A stretch of DNA of 64,000 bases. Origin: Saccostrea echinata (Eukaryota). A model generated the notes under the pieces. It was given only the letters and a program-made list of their open reading frames with translations, had not been told where the DNA came from and did not search any database. Position numbers and translations under genes: made by a program. The DNA lies in NCBI RefSeq assembly GCF_033153115.1, contig NW_026889778.1, forward strand, positions 44,826,001-44,890,000. The letters run 5' to 3'. This document shows, in pieces, positions 60,172 to 64,000 of the stretch. Positions within the stretch are counted from its first letter, which is position 1. Each line of letters opens with the position of its first letter.

Positions 60172-62360
60172 AATTTTTTTGTCCTGTTTTCTACAACTGA
60201 TGTGAACGACGTTATCGACGATAAGGAAATGAATGAAATCACCTCCGCCGATGGCCTTATTTGAGTGGCGGCGAGCGCGGACCTCCGTGAAAACTCCCCA
60301 ATTGTCGACAGCGTAGAGGATTGAACTCGTCCAACTTTGTGTTTCAATACCTGTAATTTTTCCGATATTGTCCTCCCAATTTTACTTAATTTTCTCAAAT
60401 ATGTCACTGTGCGTTTTCTTGAAATATTTTCCTACATAACTGTTTCCGTTTAAGGTTCTTAATCTGTCATTTTAAAGGAGGAATTGTCTGTTGATTCTGA
60501 AAATGCGCTGTTCCCTGGAGCCCAGAAGCGACTAATTTTGATTAAAACACGAAAACAAGAGGAATAGAACACGAGTAAGGGATTGAAGTACTTACTACAT
60601 TGCTATGCGATAAAACATACATGTACATTTCTTTCAATTGTCTTATATGTTACTTAAAATCCGAATGAAAATGCAAACATTCGGCACAAACACGCGCACA
60701 ATGGATAGTGATGTGTGCCTTGCATTTCATATGAAATGGAGAGAAAAAAAACAAAACAAAAACAAAACAACAAAAAAAAAAACAAACAAACAAACAAACA
60801 AAAGGGTCATATGAAGAGAAATCACGGAATCTCACAAATTGTTGAATGTTCAAATATATATCTAATATACTTTCTAGATCAGTGGATGTTCACCCCCTTA
60901 AAGGGACAACATATAATTTCTTTTCGAATATTTAAATACATGACACCTACTTTATAATTATAACACCGAGGACACCGGGAAGATCCAGACCGTACGTAAC
61001 GTACCACATTCGGTGGTACAACGTCTGAATTTCTCAGTATAATTATATCATAAGAATATACATAACTGACATCCTTGTAAATTACATGAAAAAAAAAAAA
61101 ATCACATAAAAAGGGCGTGTATTTAATAATTGTAGAACACTCACTTAATTAGTAGTTATACATAAGAGAGAGACAGAGAGAGACGAACAAGGCGAATCAT
61201 GGGAGTAGCTTATTCATTGATATTAATTTGTTTCTTGTAATTTACACACACAAATAATTGAGTACATGTAAATAAACAGAATGTGGTCAAAAGCCAATGT
61301 ATTTAAAATCTATATCTTTCAAGTTGAACAAGACAACCAGTATATAATACAAGACAATACAATACATTGATACAAGCATCAAATTGGTTGCACACTTTCC
61401 ACGTGCAGATCATGATTCCCTGCATCTATATGTCACGTGACGATGCAGATGTGCTGCACGGCGCAGTGATGGACATCGCAATAAATGTAAAGTGTTAAAA
61501 AAAATGTCGTTTAGTCATTCGCATCGGTAGTCTATTCGAAAGAAAATTTACTACCAGTGTTTAATTGTGTTAGTACTGTAAGTATCCGGAAACTGGCATC
61601 GAGTTGCTTTTATTCACTCTTATTATGGGAAGCACACTTTTTTGAATAAGAACATTCAAGACATAATATAAACCACATCTTCTTATTCTTATGAGATTGA
61701 TTCTTATATTCATCACTTTTATCTATTTTATCAATTAGGAATTTTGTCTAAATAATCATCATATAAAACAATAGCGAGGGGGAAAAAAAAAAGAAGAAGA
61801 AACATTAAGGATTTAACTGGAGTTACAGATCTTTTGAATATGTTAATAAAATAATGATCATATTTAAAAATATTTGTATTAAAGGAAAAAATTGAAAGTT
61901 AGATCGCCATGTTAGATGATTTCCGCAGTTTCTAGTCTTAATTGGTCAATGAAATGGGTTTTTTTTTTCTTTTCTTATCTCTTTGTTGAGTGAGCATTCA
62001 AGTAATAAGTGAGAATTCAACATTTGTACGCAGGCCTATAAGGTTTGGATTCAACTGCCTATAACGAGAAAGAAAAAACGTACATATACGAATATACATG
62101 CGAGTCAATTTTTAAATTTATTGCTTTTGTTATTGACTTAATACATTTATTTATCATTAAATATATAACACTTTCTTTGATGTTTGATCTCTGTTCTGTG
62201 TTGAAAATTATTGAATTCGTGTGTTTCTATTATTTTCTAGCTATAATAATTGTTTACGTTTCAACTCGTTTGTAATGTAGGTATCTTTTCGAAAAGCTTA
62301 TGTGGCCGTGAAAACGGCCGTTTGGTTTTGTGCTGCACACAACACAACTATAGGATCTTT

Positions 62361-62747
<387 letters not shown>

Positions 62748-62993
62748 TTATGTTCTTTCGTGTACAGTCAACGAATAATCCAGCGACGCCCGCACGCACC
62801 AATTTAAACAACCAAGCGGATCCAACGGTGCAGCCAATTAACGCGTCGCTCTGTTGTGCCTTTAGGTGAAATCCGAACAAGTAATGTTTTCTCGGAGGTC
62901 CGTAACAAGCTTCTCCTCCTACTCGCATATAAATAGTAAATTTTACCATTTCACTTTATTCATCTCTTCAGTTTGACCTGTCAACTTGAGATC

Positions 62994-63365
62994 ATGCCAC
63001 CCAAAGTCGGATCCAAAGGCGCCAAGAAAGCAGTCACCAAGGCCAAGACACCGAGGAGCACAGACAAGAAAAGGAGGAAGAGGAGGAGGGAATCTTATGC
63101 CATTTACATCTACAAAGTCCTAAAGCAGGTGCACCCTGACACTGGTGTTTCCAGCAAGGCCATGAGCATAATGAACTCCTTCGTCAACGATATCTTTGAG
63201 AGAATCGCTGCCGAAGCCTCTCGTTTGGCCCACTACAACAAGCGATCTACAATCACAAGCAGAGAGGTCCAGACTGCTGTCCGTCTCCTTCTGCCCGGTG
63301 AACTGGCCAAGCACGCCGTATCTGAGGGCACCAAAGCCGTCACCAAGTACACCAGCAGCAAATAA
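62994..63365 (+). CDS. H2B: Histone H2B
   Basis: Protein identical to unit 1. Confidence 0.99.
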   Translation: MPPKVGSKGAKKAVTKAKTPRSTDKKRRKRRRESYAIYIYKVLKQVHPDTGVSSKAMSIMNSFVNDIFERIAAEASRLAHYNKRSTITSREVQTAVRLLLPGELAKHAVSEGTKAVTKYTSSK

Positions 63366-64000
63366 TCTCATTTTGCAAGTACACACACCAAACGGCCCTT
63401 TTAAGGGCCAACTAATTTTTTAGAAAAGATACCTTCATATTACATGCGTTATTGAGACACAAATAATATGTACGAGTGTTACAATGTGAATGCATGTGCT
63501 CGTAAAAGTGGCAAACGTATAAAAATCCCACATTGTTTACAACTGATTATAATAACAGAAGTAGGATAAATAAAGAAATACAAGTAGGTATTATTATATG
63601 AATGAGAGCCAAATTTTATTCACAAATAACTTGAATGTACAACCAAGCATATATCTGAAATAACTGTATCTTCAAATATAAATAAAATACAAGCATGCGA
63701 GGTCCATCTGATGTACACAAAATCCTGGTTCATTTGTCCTCTGTATACTGAATTAATTATCAGCGTACATTATATAATTGATAATAAAGTATCTCAATTC
63801 AGCTAATATCAATGAAACAGATAAATAAATTCAAGACCCCCCCCCCTCCCCTTTCTTTGACATTGACATATTGGAATTTTCAATCAGTAATTATACATCA
63901 ATAAAAGTGCAATGACCAAAATGCGATAATTATACATTGACAATTAATTGTCTAACATTAGTCATAATTGTTAAACAAGAAAAAAAAGCATGTCACTCAG

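Overview
The whole window is a tandem array of a eukaryotic replication-dependent histone gene quintet: about 7.8 near-identical units of ~8.2 kb. H3 positions are spaced 8205, 8210, 7791, 8202, 8214, 8214 and 8211 bp apart. On the + strand each unit reads H3(-), H1(-), H2A(-), H2B(+), H4(-), with H2A and H2B divergent. The H2B and H1 N-termini look molluscan, probably bivalve (inference). All genes are intronless and end in a 3' stem-loop, followed exactly 13 nt later by a shared 12-nt element GAAAAGAT(G/A)CCT. The most unusual signals are: (1) non-canonical stem-loops in H3, H2A and H4; (2) the invariant downstream element, which predicts the U7 snRNA guide sequence; (3) a hard-masked 177-179 nt block at the same place in every unit; (4) a hairpin element flanked by a 10-bp direct repeat, and an E-box/hairpin island, in the H1-H2A spacer; (5) a perfect (GGGT)4 G-quadruplex motif; and (6) copy-specific lesions: an H2B with a 9-bp in-frame deletion, a 406-bp spacer deletion and a frameshifted H4. 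Regulatory features are listed for unit 1 only but recur in every unit. No new protein-coding system is supported.
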